Shown in pieces: positions 1-10,243 of a stretch of DNA of 64,000 nucleotides. The notes below the pieces were generated by a model. The model was given only the letters and a program-made list of their open reading frames with translations. It ran no database searches and was not told where the DNA came from. The position numbers and the translations under genes are program-made. Every line of letters starts with the position of its first letter. Position 1 is the first letter of the stretch. Source of the DNA: Alphaproteobacteria bacterium (GTDB lineage Bacteria > Pseudomonadota > Alphaproteobacteria > Rs-D84); contig JAWPOC010000014.1 of NCBI GenBank assembly GCA_033345235.1, forward strand, positions 73,085 through 137,084. Direction: 5' to 3'.

Positions 1-235
1 GAATTTTGATGTGGTGTTTTGTTCCGAGACACAAAAAGATAAACCATGGAAATATGACTTTTTGTGTTATGGCGCTAACAAGGTACGCAAAATGGATGAA
101 TGGGCGGCGGCCAATAAAATAATTCCGCACGTTGTTCGTGCATATTCTGACAGTAAATCAGATTTGCCAATGATGGAAATCGCAGATGAACAAGTTTGGA
201 TTGATGCCAAAACAGGTCTAAGAAAAGAAGCTTAG
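1..235 (+). CDS. HAD-superfamily hydrolase, C-terminal fragment (phosphoserine-phosphatase-like); 5' end lies outside the window
   Basis: The reading frame is open to the window edge. The C-terminal HAD motif is present (AYSDSKSDLPMM, equivalent to GDxxnDlpml). Confidence 0.45.
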   Translation, partial: NFDVVFCSETQKDKPWKYDFLCYGANKVRKMDEWAAANKIIPHVVRAYSDSKSDLPMMEIADEQVWIDAKTGLRKEA

Positions 236-268
236 TGAATATTTGTTCAGGTTTGGTAAAGTGTATCT

Positions 269-532
269 ATGGCTTTGATAGATACACTTTTTGATGTGCT
301 AAGTGCGTCGTTTGGTGCGATTTGTGGCGCGGTTTTTGCGTTCTTTTTGAACCGTCGTCGTAATCGTCGTATGGCGAATGAGCAGATAATCAGTCGTCGT
401 GAATTAGATACAATACGTCAAGAAAATCAGCGATTGTTACAAGAAATTAAAGATAAAGAAAATATAATATTAAAAATGCAAATTCAGTTGCTGGAATTAA
501 CTTCGCAAAAGAAAAAAAGTACAAAGAAATAA
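269..532 (+). CDS. hypothetical membrane-anchored coiled-coil protein (FtsB-like architecture)
   Basis: 87 aa. It has an N-terminal hydrophobic helix, an RRRNRR stretch and then a heptad-like Q/L/I-rich segment. A hairpin plus T-run terminator follows at ~530-552. Confidence 0.35.
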   Translation: MALIDTLFDVLSASFGAICGAVFAFFLNRRRNRRMANEQIISRRELDTIRQENQRLLQEIKDKENIILKMQIQLLELTSQKKKSTKK

Positions 533-552
533 AAATCCCCAAACGGGGAATT

Positions 553-1431
553 TTATTCTTCGCCAAAATCCATCGCCCGCAGTTTTTCTGCACGTGGTGT
601 GATTTTTGATACAGATGTTTGCAGCAATTCAATGTCGTTTTGTGTTTGTGCAAAATGTCTGGAAACATTTTCTGCGCGATCAGATAAACGCGATAAATCT
701 GACAACAGTAAATCCAGTTCTTTTTTTATTTTTGACGCGACGCGCTTTATTTTGATGTCAGATAACACTGCGCGAATTGTATTCAGCGTTGCCCACAATG
801 TCGACGGCGATACAATAAATACTTTACGCTTGGCGGCATATTCAATTGTATTTGGAAATTCACGATGCAGTGTTTCAAATATAGACTCAGAAGCAATAAA
901 CATCATTGCAGATTCTGCGGTTTTACCTGGGATAATATATTTTTCTCCGATTGCGTCAATATGCTTGCGTACGTCCAGCTCAAATTGTTTTTTTGCGCCG
1001 CCATCGTTTGTGTCAGATATCATACGATTATAGCTTTCCAAGGGGAATTTACTGTCGATAATCATATCACCTGGGGGGTATGGCAGTCTGATTATGCAAT
1101 CTGGTCTGACACCTGTATCCAGTACAGATTGAAATGCGTATGTTTCAGGTGGCATAACGTCTGTAACTAAATCTTCCAGTTGTCTTTCGCCAAATGTGCC
1201 GCGTGCTTGCTTGTTTCCCATAAGGATGTTTTTAAAATTCGCGATATCGCTGCTGATATTTTTTAGTTCAATTGCATTTTGGGTTAATGCCCCCAAGCGC
1301 TCTGCCAGACGTTCACGCAAGCGTATATTATCTTCACGCAGGGATGATATATCAATGGCCGGTTTGCGCAGTAATATCGCAACTAATAAAACAATAATTA
1401 TTCCCAACAATACAAAAATATAAGTTGTCAT
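553..1431 (-). CDS. rmuC: DNA recombination protein RmuC
   Basis: 292 aa. It has an N-terminal TM helix, a coiled coil and a conserved RmuC core (GERQLEDLV, PPETYAFQ, RPDCIIRLP, IDSKFPLESY). Confidence 0.75.
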   Translation of the reverse strand: MTTYIFVLLGIIIVLLVAILLRKPAIDISSLREDNIRLRERLAERLGALTQNAIELKNISSDIANFKNILMGNKQARGTFGERQLEDLVTDVMPPETYAFQSVLDTGVRPDCIIRLPYPPGDMIIDSKFPLESYNRMISDTNDGGAKKQFELDVRKHIDAIGEKYIIPGKTAESAMMFIASESIFETLHREFPNTIEYAAKRKVFIVSPSTLWATLNTIRAVLSDIKIKRVASKIKKELDLLLSDLSRLSDRAENVSRHFAQTQNDIELLQTSVSKITPRAEKLRAMDFGEE

Positions 1432-1472
1432 TTTGTAATCCTTTGCTATGATTATTATAAGAGGTTTTATAA

Positions 1473-1973
1473 ATGTTGCAAATGAAACTTTGTGGTGATT
1501 TAGTTTTGCGTACGAAATGTGCGCCTGTGGATAATATCACATCAGAAATATTGTCTACCATGGACGAGATGGTTCATATGATGGCAGAGCAAAATGGTGT
1601 TGGTTTAGCGGCGCCTCAGGTTGGAATCTTGTCTCGCTTTTTGGTGATGATGGATCCTGATACAGAAACAGTGTACAGAATGATAAATCCACGCATATTG
1701 GAATATGGAACAGAACTGTGTACAATGGAAGAAGGTTGTTTGTCTGTCTTGGGAAATGATGGATTGCCTGTTTACGCAAATGTGTCACGTCCATCCAGTG
1801 TTATTGTCGAATGGACAAATGAATCAGGTGCATTACAGACGGCAAAAATGTCTGGATTGCCTGCGCGTATTGTGCAACATGAAACAGATCATCTGGATGG
1901 AAAATTGTTTGTCGACCATTTGTCGCCTGTCCGTCGTGAAATGCTGATGCGCAAGGTAAGGAAACGTAAATGA
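1473..1973 (+). CDS. def: peptide deformylase
   Basis: The motifs GVGLAAPQVG, EGCLSV and QHETDHLDG (HExxH) are present. An AAGAGG RBS lies upstream. Confidence 0.92.
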   Translation: MLQMKLCGDLVLRTKCAPVDNITSEILSTMDEMVHMMAEQNGVGLAAPQVGILSRFLVMMDPDTETVYRMINPRILEYGTELCTMEEGCLSVLGNDGLPVYANVSRPSSVIVEWTNESGALQTAKMSGLPARIVQHETDHLDGKLFVDHLSPVRREMLMRKVRKRK

Positions 1974-2776
1974 AGTTAGTTTTAATGGGAACAAACGCGT
2001 TTGTTGTCCCGATGTTTGACGCGATAAAAAATGCAGGCCATGAAATAATGGCTGTATTTACGCGTGCACCGAAACCTGTCGGTCGCAAGCAAGTCTTAAC
2101 ACCATCGCCTGTTCATATTTGGGCAAATGAAAATAACTTGCCGGTTTATACTAATATAAATCAGTATAATTTTGCGCCAGATATGGTTGTTGTTGTGTCT
2201 TATGGTGTGATATTACGTGATAATGTTTTGTCCAGTGCGCCTGTTATAAATATTCACCCCAGTGATTTACCAAAATATCGTGGGCCGTCTCCAATTCGTA
2301 GTGCGATTTATAATGGTGATACAAAGTCCGCAGTGTGTTTAATGCAGATAACCTCAGAAATGGATGCAGGGGATGTTTATATACGTCGTGAATTTGATAT
2401 TACATCAGATGATACAAATGATATTGTCGAAAGTCGCGTATCATCAATTGGTGCTGAAATGTTACTGGAATATCTGTCGAATCCAGATGCGTATACTGCA
2501 GTGCCACAGGTCGGTATACCAACGTTTACCAGAAAGTGGACAGGTGCCGATGAAATTATTGACTGGTCGCGTGGTGACGTGGCTGTTCATAACCAAGTGC
2601 GTGCGTTGGGCTGTGGTCGAACCAAGATAAATGGAATAGATGTAAAAATCTTGGGAACAAAATTAAATGACGGAAAATTGGAAATCACGCAATTGCAACC
2701 GTCTGGGAAAAAAACAATGGATTGGCGCAGTTTTATAAACGGTCTGCGTGGTGCAGAAATAAAGATAGGTGAGTAA
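1970..2776 (+). CDS. fmt: methionyl-tRNA formyltransferase
   Basis: The ATGA start overlaps the def stop. It has an N-terminal formyltransferase fold with the INIHPSDLPKYRGPSPI motif. Confidence 0.9.
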   Translation: MKLVLMGTNAFVVPMFDAIKNAGHEIMAVFTRAPKPVGRKQVLTPSPVHIWANENNLPVYTNINQYNFAPDMVVVVSYGVILRDNVLSSAPVINIHPSDLPKYRGPSPIRSAIYNGDTKSAVCLMQITSEMDAGDVYIRREFDITSDDTNDIVESRVSSIGAEMLLEYLSNPDAYTAVPQVGIPTFTRKWTGADEIIDWSRGDVAVHNQVRALGCGRTKINGIDVKILGTKLNDGKLEITQLQPSGKKTMDWRSFINGLRGAEIKIGE

Positions 2777-2779
2777 AGT

Positions 2780-2929
2780 ATGTGTGCAATTACAGAAAAT
2801 TGTAAAAACTGTGCAAAATATGATAAGGGCGGTTGTTACCATGGCCCAAAAGTGATTGTTAAAATTTTTGGTCCAATGTGGGTGCCTGCAACGGCGTGGT
2901 GTAATCGCTTTATGGGAAAGGCACGTTAA
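2780..2929 (+). CDS. small Cys-rich protein (49 aa, CxxC plus 2 Cys), hypothetical
   Basis: A GGTGA RBS-like sequence lies 8 nt upstream. The stop overlaps the truA start as TAATG, suggesting translational coupling. It is not in the ORF track because it is shorter than 60 aa. Confidence 0.35.
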   Translation: MCAITENCKNCAKYDKGGCYHGPKVIVKIFGPMWVPATAWCNRFMGKAR

Positions 2930-3678
2930 TGACACGATATAAAGTAAATCTTGAATACGATGGAACAGATTTAATTGGTTGGCAAGAAAATCGCCAAGGT
3001 CCATCTGTACAATCTATTGTCAAAGACGCAATATATGGATTTTGTGGTGTGCGTCCAGATGTTGTCGGTGCAGGACGCACAGACGCAGGTGTTCATGCGA
3101 TTTCTATGACGGCGCATTTTGATTTGCCGGATTCCGCACATGATGCAAACACTGTTATGCGCGCGCTGAATTTTTATATGGCGGAAAAACCTGTCTCGGT
3201 ATTGGATTGTGAAATTGTATCAGATGATTTTAATGCACGTTTTGCGTGCAGTGCGCGTCATTACAAATATCGTGTTTTGAATCGCAGTGCATCACCAGTA
3301 TTGGAAAAAAATCGTGTTTATTGGGTGCCGCGTTCATTGGATGTTGATGCAATGCGTGCCGCTGCGGCCAAGTTGTTGGGAAATCATGATTTTACCAGTT
3401 TTCGTGCAACCCAGTGTCAGGCAAAATCTCCGATAAAAACATTGGATAAAATCGAGATAACAAAAATCGGTGATGAAATTATTTTTGAATTTTCTGCCCG
3501 TTCTTTCTTGCATCATATGGTGCGAAATATTGTTGGAACATTATTGGAAATTGGCTTGGGAAAACCATACGATATTGATGAAATATTAAATGCGAAAAAT
3601 CGTAGTGCCGCCGGTCCAACCGCACCGGCATGTGGGCTGTATTTTATTCGTGCGGATTATAATGCCAGCGACGATTAA
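2929..3678 (+). CDS. truA: tRNA pseudouridine(38-40) synthase TruA
   Basis: The GAGRTDAGVHA catalytic-Asp motif is present. The length is 249 aa. Confidence 0.9.
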   Translation: MTRYKVNLEYDGTDLIGWQENRQGPSVQSIVKDAIYGFCGVRPDVVGAGRTDAGVHAISMTAHFDLPDSAHDANTVMRALNFYMAEKPVSVLDCEIVSDDFNARFACSARHYKYRVLNRSASPVLEKNRVYWVPRSLDVDAMRAAAAKLLGNHDFTSFRATQCQAKSPIKTLDKIEITKIGDEIIFEFSARSFLHHMVRNIVGTLLEIGLGKPYDIDEILNAKNRSAAGPTAPACGLYFIRADYNASDD

Positions 3679-5590
3679 TTGGCGTATATTTAATATCTTT
3701 GTTTGGGTAAATTACAAAACCGCCACGCAGTACTTTGTGTGCGCACTGTTCTGAGTCTATATTAAAATAAGACACAACAAAATCGATGTTATCATCGTTA
3801 CATATCCGTTCAATATTATTCATCAGTGGGACAAATTTCTGGATGTATACCAGATTGAAATGTTCAGTGTTATATTCGTATATGCCTTTGTTATGTTTGC
3901 GGCGTTTGTTCTTTGATGTAATAGGCTCGTTATTTATTTTCTTCCATGTATCAAAAGCAAAATAATGATTTGATGCGCGCGATTTATTAAATTCCAACAG
4001 ACCGTCTGTACCAACGAAAGCAACCAATTCATTGTCGTGTGAAGAATAAAATACTGGTTTTGGCGTAATGTACGTAACAGTACATCCCAGAATAATAAAG
4101 ATTGTAAATATGATATAATTAACTTTGATTTTAATTGGCTTGATTAATATCAAAAATATAAATGCCGATATAAAACACATCAATGCAAAATTTGGAATAA
4201 ACGGAGTATTTATTTGTGCCATTGGTAATTGTGATATATGCTTTGCGATGCTAAAAGTTGTGTTATAAACACTGTCTGCCAGTGTTAATGGACAGACGAT
4301 TCCGAATGTTGCGGTTATCGTTCCGATTAAAATCAGTGGCATAATTATAAAAGAAAATATTGGTAATAATATCAAGTTGCCAAACAAACCGTATGTTGGC
4401 AGCTGACCAAAATGTACTGCAATAAAAGGCGCAGTAAATAACGATGCCACAGCAGATGTTAATAATGTCGCATAAATGATTTTCATTGTTTTACTGTGCG
4501 GCATTTTTGGTTTTGCATCCGTATATAACCAAACCAATCCAAATACTGCTGCAAAAGATAGTTGGAATCCAGCCTGCATCACGCAATGTGGGTTTATTAA
4601 AAAGATTATACAAAATGCCAATGCGATATTACGCATTGAAATTGCGCTGCGACCGATTATAAATGCAGCGAACACCAGTGTTGTCATTAAAAATGCGCGC
4701 ATTGTTGCGATGTCTGTACCAGATAAAAACAAGTAAAGCATCAGTCCAAACCATGCGCAAATTAATGCCGGAATTTTGGCAGGAATTCTGCGAGTGATAT
4801 ATGGTATCGAGCGAAAAATTAAATAAAATATCGCAAATAACCATCCACCAACCAGTGTCATATGAAATCCACTGATTGACCAGACGTGTCCGATGCCAGT
4901 TGCGTTCCATATTTCAGTGTCTGTGTCCGGAATTGCGCCTTTGTATCCCAGTACCAAAGTATCTACTAAAACAGAATTTGCCGCGTTGTGTAAATAATCG
5001 CGCACAGAATTTATATTATGTGAATCGCTGTGATTAATAACTGTAATTTCTTTTGCATAGCCTGTTGCAGTCAAGTTGTTAAAATATGCCCATCTTGCAT
5101 AATCAAATGTTTCTGGTGCGTACAAAGTGCTGGGGCGAAATAAAGTTGCTTTTAATTTAACTGTGTCACCGATGTTTGGGATGGTAATGTCACTATCCCC
5201 AGATACACGTATTGTTGCGTTACCTGTGCCTGCATTTATGTCATTGGCAGGAATGCGTATGTATATTCTGGATTTGTCCGCGGTATAGTCAATTGCATGC
5301 ACGCGCCCAGTCAAAGTTATATCACTAAAGCCATGTTTTATTTGCGGAGTGTTTATAACATCTGTAAAAGTCGCGGCATAAAAGAATCCGAATATAAAAA
5401 TTAATATAGTCCGAATAATATACGGTATTTTATTGATAAACAGACAAATAAATAATACAGGCGTTATAATATATGGGTATGGTAACACAGGTTCGTACGC
5501 CAGTGAAAAATACAATGCTGCGCCAGCCGCCATTATAAAAGGCAGGTACATAAATAAATTTTCTTGTTGAAAATCCAGCCATTTTTTCAT
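3644..5590 (-). CDS. comEC: ComEC/Rec2-family DNA internalization membrane protein (no C-terminal metallo-beta-lactamase domain)
   Basis: It is polytopic with many TM helices. It has a central extramembrane domain and an ISGFHMTLVGG motif matching the ComEC competence domain. Confidence 0.6.
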   Translation of the reverse strand: MKKWLDFQQENLFMYLPFIMAAGAALYFSLAYEPVLPYPYIITPVLFICLFINKIPYIIRTILIFIFGFFYAATFTDVINTPQIKHGFSDITLTGRVHAIDYTADKSRIYIRIPANDINAGTGNATIRVSGDSDITIPNIGDTVKLKATLFRPSTLYAPETFDYARWAYFNNLTATGYAKEITVINHSDSHNINSVRDYLHNAANSVLVDTLVLGYKGAIPDTDTEIWNATGIGHVWSISGFHMTLVGGWLFAIFYLIFRSIPYITRRIPAKIPALICAWFGLMLYLFLSGTDIATMRAFLMTTLVFAAFIIGRSAISMRNIALAFCIIFLINPHCVMQAGFQLSFAAVFGLVWLYTDAKPKMPHSKTMKIIYATLLTSAVASLFTAPFIAVHFGQLPTYGLFGNLILLPIFSFIIMPLILIGTITATFGIVCPLTLADSVYNTTFSIAKHISQLPMAQINTPFIPNFALMCFISAFIFLILIKPIKIKVNYIIFTIFIILGCTVTYITPKPVFYSSHDNELVAFVGTDGLLEFNKSRASNHYFAFDTWKKINNEPITSKNKRRKHNKGIYEYNTEHFNLVYIQKFVPLMNNIERICNDDNIDFVVSYFNIDSEQCAHKVLRGGFVIYPNKDIKYTPINRRWHYNPHE

Positions 5591-5667
5591 ATTTCCAGTA
5601 TAGGAATTTATTCAATTGCACTGCAACGAAAAATTTCGTAATATGATTCCACATAAGGGGGCATCTT

Positions 5668-7233
5668 ATGGCGAAATATATATTCATTACAGGTGGTGTT
5701 GTTTCTAGTTTAGGTAAGGGCGTCGCAGCTGCAAGTTGCGGCGCTCTTCTTCAATCGCGGGGATACAGCGTGCATGCGCGTAAATTTGACCCGTATTTGA
5801 ACATAGATCCCGGAACAATGTCACCGTTTCAACATGGTGAAGTTTATGTAACAAACGATGGTTATGAAACAGATTTAGATTTGGGGTATTACGAACGATT
5901 TTTAGGTGCGCGTTTGACACGAAACGATTCGGTTTCTGGTGGCCGAATTTATTGGGATGTCTTAAACGCAGAACGTCATGGGGATTATCTGGGGGCAACA
6001 GTTCAGATGATTCCGCACGTTACAAACAAGATTAAAGAATATATCGCTGCACCAACGGATACAGATTTTGTAGTATGTGAAATCGGTGGTACTGTTGGCG
6101 ATATCGAAGGTAAAGTTTTCTTGGAATCAATACGTCAATTTGCAAATGATGTTGGCCGTAAAAATGTTATGTTTGTACATTTGACTTTGGCACCTTATTT
6201 GGAAAAGTCAGGTGAATTAAAAACCAAGCCAACGCAAATGTCTGTTCGTAACTTACTGGAAAACGGAATTCAGGCAGATATGTTGATTGTGCGTACCCCC
6301 AGAATGCTGACTGCGTCAGAGCGTGATAAAATCGGTATGTTCTGTAACCTGCCATCAAAAAGTGTTATCAGTGGGATAGACGTTGATAATATTTACAAAA
6401 TACCAATGGCATACGAGGCGCAACATGTATTTGATATAATCGCAGATCATTTTAATCTGCCGCATGCACGTGGTGATATGACGCGATTTGAAAGAATTGA
6501 AAAATATCTGTCGTCTGATATTCCAAACGTTACGATTGGTGTTGTTGGGAAATACTTTGATGTTCCAGATGCGTATAAATCTTTGAACGAAGCCTTGTTC
6601 CACGCAGGACTGCAAAACAATGTGCGTGTAAAGATAAAGAAAATAAATGCAGAAAAATTTTCAGAATCGGATTGTGTGGACGTTGATGGAATTTTAGTTC
6701 CTGGTGGCTTTGGTGAACGTGGGGTTAATGGAAAAATTGCGGCTGCGAAATATGCGCGTGAAAATAATATTCCATATATGGGAATTTGTTTAGGAATGCA
6801 GGTGGCTGTTATTGAATTTGCCCGAAATGTTCTGAGAATTGAAAATGCATATTCTGGTGAGTTTTCCAAGAACTGTACGCCTGTGATTGACATTATCGCA
6901 GATTGTGATTCTGAAAATTATGGTGGTACATTGCGCTTGGGGGCGTATCCTTGTCAGATTACGCCGAATACATTAGCAGAAAAAATTTATTCTGCGCAAA
7001 GTATCAGCGAACGTCATCGTCACAGATATGAAATGGATATCTCTTTAGAAGACCGCTTTGCGGCTGCGGGTATGATAATATCTGGGCGCAGTCCGGACGG
7101 TCGCTTGCCAGAAATTATCGAATTAAAGAATCATCCATTCTTTATTGCAGGGCAATTTCATCCGGAATTTCAGTCCAGTCCATATTCTGGGCATCCGATG
7201 TTCAATGCATTTATTGCTGCGTCAAAACACTGA
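5668..7233 (+). CDS. pyrG: CTP synthase
   Basis: It has an N-terminal GGVVSSLGKG synthetase domain and a C-terminal glutamine amidotransferase domain (GICLGMQ). A strong bidirectional terminator follows at 7236-7262. Confidence 0.95.
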   Translation: MAKYIFITGGVVSSLGKGVAAASCGALLQSRGYSVHARKFDPYLNIDPGTMSPFQHGEVYVTNDGYETDLDLGYYERFLGARLTRNDSVSGGRIYWDVLNAERHGDYLGATVQMIPHVTNKIKEYIAAPTDTDFVVCEIGGTVGDIEGKVFLESIRQFANDVGRKNVMFVHLTLAPYLEKSGELKTKPTQMSVRNLLENGIQADMLIVRTPRMLTASERDKIGMFCNLPSKSVISGIDVDNIYKIPMAYEAQHVFDIIADHFNLPHARGDMTRFERIEKYLSSDIPNVTIGVVGKYFDVPDAYKSLNEALFHAGLQNNVRVKIKKINAEKFSESDCVDVDGILVPGGFGERGVNGKIAAAKYARENNIPYMGICLGMQVAVIEFARNVLRIENAYSGEFSKNCTPVIDIIADCDSENYGGTLRLGAYPCQITPNTLAEKIYSAQSISERHRHRYEMDISLEDRFAAAGMIISGRSPDGRLPEIIELKNHPFFIAGQFHPEFQSSPYSGHPMFNAFIAASKH

Positions 7234-7235
7234 AA

Positions 7236-7262
7236 AAAAACAGCCCCAATTTGGGGCTGTTT
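7236..7262. terminator. bidirectional rho-independent terminator (pyrG and the convergent RNHCP gene)
   Basis: The hairpin CAGCCCCAATTTGGGGCTG is flanked by an A-run and a T-run. Confidence 0.8.
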
Positions 7263-7577
7263 TTAATTTCCGAAAATAAAATGTTTGTTGTTTGATATTT
7301 CTATGATTGCATCAATATTATCTTCGTCTGATGTTCGTTGACGTTTAATTTTGCCGCAGATTTCGCATTTGTGTGTGATTATAAATCGCGCACCATCAGG
7401 CTCTACTGCCACAGGTCGCATCATACCGCCGCATGTTGCACCGCGGTCGCCAGGATTGTTATCGACGTGCTTTGACCATAAACAGTTTGGGCAGTGGTTT
7501 GTGTAACCATTTCCATGAACAACTGTGCCGCAATGGGCACAGTTAAAATCTTCGACGGTTTTTGTAAAGCCTTTCAT
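7263..7577 (-). CDS. RNHCP-domain zinc-ribbon protein
   Basis: It contains the literal TNHCPNCLWSKHVD motif plus additional CxxC pairs. Confidence 0.55.
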   Translation of the reverse strand: MKGFTKTVEDFNCAHCGTVVHGNGYTNHCPNCLWSKHVDNNPGDRGATCGGMMRPVAVEPDGARFIITHKCEICGKIKRQRTSDEDNIDAIIEISNNKHFIFGN

Positions 7578-7825
7578 TACAAGCCCAATGCATTACGATA
7601 CATTTGTGTTAATTCATCTGCTTCGTCCAATTCGTCTGGATCTAACTTGCGCAGGCGTATCATCTGGCGAATATATTTTGGGTCAAAACCGGCAGATTTT
7701 GCTTCGCTATAAATTTCTTTGATGTCTGCGGCAATTGCGGCAGTGTCTTCGTTTAATTTTTCAATGCGTTCGATAATGCTGACCAGTTGTTGATTATCCA
7801 GTGCGCCATGATTTGCTTGTTTCAT
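7577..7825 (-). CDS. gapR: GapR / UPF0335 (DUF2312) nucleoid-associated protein
   Basis: 82 aa. The LVSIIERIEKLNEDTAAIAADIKEIYSEAKSAGFDPKYIRQMIRLRK pattern is typical of the alphaproteobacterial DUF2312 family. Confidence 0.8.
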   Translation of the reverse strand: MKQANHGALDNQQLVSIIERIEKLNEDTAAIAADIKEIYSEAKSAGFDPKYIRQMIRLRKLDPDELDEADELTQMYRNALGL

Positions 7826-7913
7826 ATCTGTTTTCCCCTTGTTTATTTAACAACTTTATGATATACCATAAAAGACAAAAATCAAGAAAAACAAAAACAC
7901 TCAGGACAAAGAA

Positions 7914-9284
7914 ATGAATAAATATACAAAAATAACAGCGTCTATTGGACCAAAATGTGAAGATCGTGAAACTTTGACTCGTATGATAAAAGCTGGCGTA
8001 AATATGTGCCGTATGAATTTTAGTCATGATACAGGCGATGTCCAAGGTCGCAAGATTGATATGATACGTGAAATTTCCGCTGAATTAGATATGCCGGTTG
8101 CGATAATGATTGATTTGCAAGGTCCAAAACATCGTATTGGTAACTTTGAAACCGAAGGCGTATATCCATTGACAATTGGTCAAAAGTTCAGATTTGATTC
8201 AGATGATACGCCTGGAAATTCTTCGCGTGTCCAGTTGCCTGATGCGGATGTGTTGTCATCTTTAAATGTTGGGGACAGAATTTTATTAAATGACGGTAAA
8301 ATTGAAATGCAAGTTGATGTGGTTGGTGATGGCTTTGTTGATACAACTGTATTGCGCGGTACAGAAATTTGGTCGCGTCGTGGCTTTAATTTGCCGGACA
8401 CAGAAATATCAACATCTGTTTTGACACCAAAAGACAGAAATGATTTAGAATATGCAATTACAAAAAATCCAGATTATGTTGCGATATCTTTTGTTCAGCG
8501 TCCCGAAGATATTGCCGAAGTGCGTGACTTTATCACCCAGCGTACATCACATCCGATTAAAATTATTGCCAAGATTGAACGTCCAAATGCGGTTGAACGT
8601 ATTACAGATATCGCCAGTGCTGCAGATGGTATAATGATTGCGCGTGGTGACTTGGCGGTCGAAGTGCCTTATGCCGAAGTTCCTGCGATTTCACGTCATA
8701 TTATTCGTGAATGTCGTAAAATGAACAAGCCTGTTATCGTTGCAACACAAATGTTGTGTTCAATGGTGAACAGTGAATTTCCAACACGTGCAGAAATTAC
8801 AGACGTTGCAAATGCTGCGTACTTGCGTGCGGATTCTACGATGACCAGTGAAGAAACAACAATTGGTATGAATCCTGTTAACGTGATTGAAACAATGTAT
8901 AATATATTGGCATACGCAGACAGTGACGCAATCGCAAATCCATATGATTGGTCACGTGTAGAAAATATTCCAGAAAATGATTGGTCGCGTTCTGTTGCGT
9001 CAATGGCATATTTGAACAAAGCGTCTGCAATTGTTGTTTTTGCGCGCGATACAATCGCGACAACGCAAATATCTTGCCGCAAACCAGATATCCCTGTTAT
9101 TGCAGTATGTAACGAAGCTGTTATTGCAAATCAGTTATGTTTATGTCGTGGTGTATTCCCAATATATGATACAGAATTGTTTGGTATGCGCGACGGTTTT
9201 AATGCTGCCCGCAGGTTTAATATAAATTCTGGTAAACTGGTAATCGTAGATGAAGAAAAAATAAGTCTTCGTACATTGGATTAA
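7914..9284 (+). CDS. pyk: pyruvate kinase
   Basis: It contains MNFSHDTGD and the PK barrel, and is 456 aa long. A terminator follows at ~9285-9312. Confidence 0.9.
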   Translation: MNKYTKITASIGPKCEDRETLTRMIKAGVNMCRMNFSHDTGDVQGRKIDMIREISAELDMPVAIMIDLQGPKHRIGNFETEGVYPLTIGQKFRFDSDDTPGNSSRVQLPDADVLSSLNVGDRILLNDGKIEMQVDVVGDGFVDTTVLRGTEIWSRRGFNLPDTEISTSVLTPKDRNDLEYAITKNPDYVAISFVQRPEDIAEVRDFITQRTSHPIKIIAKIERPNAVERITDIASAADGIMIARGDLAVEVPYAEVPAISRHIIRECRKMNKPVIVATQMLCSMVNSEFPTRAEITDVANAAYLRADSTMTSEETTIGMNPVNVIETMYNILAYADSDAIANPYDWSRVENIPENDWSRSVASMAYLNKASAIVVFARDTIATTQISCRKPDIPVIAVCNEAVIANQLCLCRGVFPIYDTELFGMRDGFNAARRFNINSGKLVIVDEEKISLRTLD

Positions 9285-9307
9285 AAAATGCCCCATTGGG
9301 GCATTTT

Positions 9308-10243
9308 TTATTGTTGTTGTAATTCTTTAATACGTTGTTGTCTTTGTTCTGCTTCTTCCTTTTGTTTTCTGTATTGTTGCAAGGTTAATCCTTGTGCTTT
9401 TGCTGCTTTTCGTTCAGCTTCTAAATCGTCTTTTTTTGTTTGACGATCATTTTTCTTTTTTTCTTTTTCTTGTTGTTTTTTTGTTCTTTCTTCTTGTGCG
9501 CGACGTGCTTCTTCTTCGGCCAGTAACAAGTCCGATAATTCTTTTTCTCTTTTTAATCTCTCGTACCGTTCTTCGTCTGTTTCTTTTGGAACAGCAACAC
9601 CTACTTCATCTGGTACAGGTTTTGCATCGACAATATCTACGTTAGATTCAGTGGTATTGCACCATCCTTGGGATTCGCCTTTGGCGTTTTTTTGTAGATA
9701 GTAACCAGATTCGCATTCTGTCGCAGCGCATGATATTGTATCTGTGGTTTTGTTTTTACAGATGTATCTTCCAGCAGTTGCGTGTGCATTCTTTGCCAAA
9801 TCATCAGGTAAACATGGCTTGCCGCTATATAATGCACAGTTTGATGTTTGACCGGATTTTGTGTTTACTGTGCCACTGGCCTCTGTATTGTCATAACGGT
9901 TATTTTGGTTTTCTACCATTTCGTATAAGAAGTCGTCGCATAGCTTTTCGCTGGCAAATTCAGGTAGACTATATTGCTTTTTAGTCTTCAAAATGTTGCG
10001 ATATTCACAGCTGGATTTACAACATGCCCCCAGATCATACATATCGTGCACAGTGCCTTCATTTGCGGCTAAGCAGGCTAAAAATCGTGCTTTAAAGTCT
10101 TGTGGGTATTTGTATGCAGTCCAATTGAAAGTGTCAAATGTGTACAAAATAGTTTCTGTAGTTATTGCAGCTGTTGCAGGTGTTGCAAGTATGCTGCCCG
10201 CAATCAGACCAGATAAAATCATTGGTGTAAATTTCTTTTTCAT
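9308..10243 (-). CDS. secreted Cys-rich protein with Lys/Glu-rich coiled-coil C-terminus, hypothetical
   Basis: The start is MKKKFTPMILSGL with an AAGGAG RBS 8 nt upstream. It has a signal peptide and about 12 Cys. It ends in a charged KE-rich tail (EERTKKQQEKEKKKNDRQTKK). A TAATG overlap links it to the upstream gene. Confidence 0.5.
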   Translation of the reverse strand: MKKKFTPMILSGLIAGSILATPATAAITTETILYTFDTFNWTAYKYPQDFKARFLACLAANEGTVHDMYDLGACCKSSCEYRNILKTKKQYSLPEFASEKLCDDFLYEMVENQNNRYDNTEASGTVNTKSGQTSNCALYSGKPCLPDDLAKNAHATAGRYICKNKTTDTISCAATECESGYYLQKNAKGESQGWCNTTESNVDIVDAKPVPDEVGVAVPKETDEERYERLKREKELSDLLLAEEEARRAQEERTKKQQEKEKKKNDRQTKKDDLEAERKAAKAQGLTLQQYRKQKEEAEQRQQRIKELQQQ

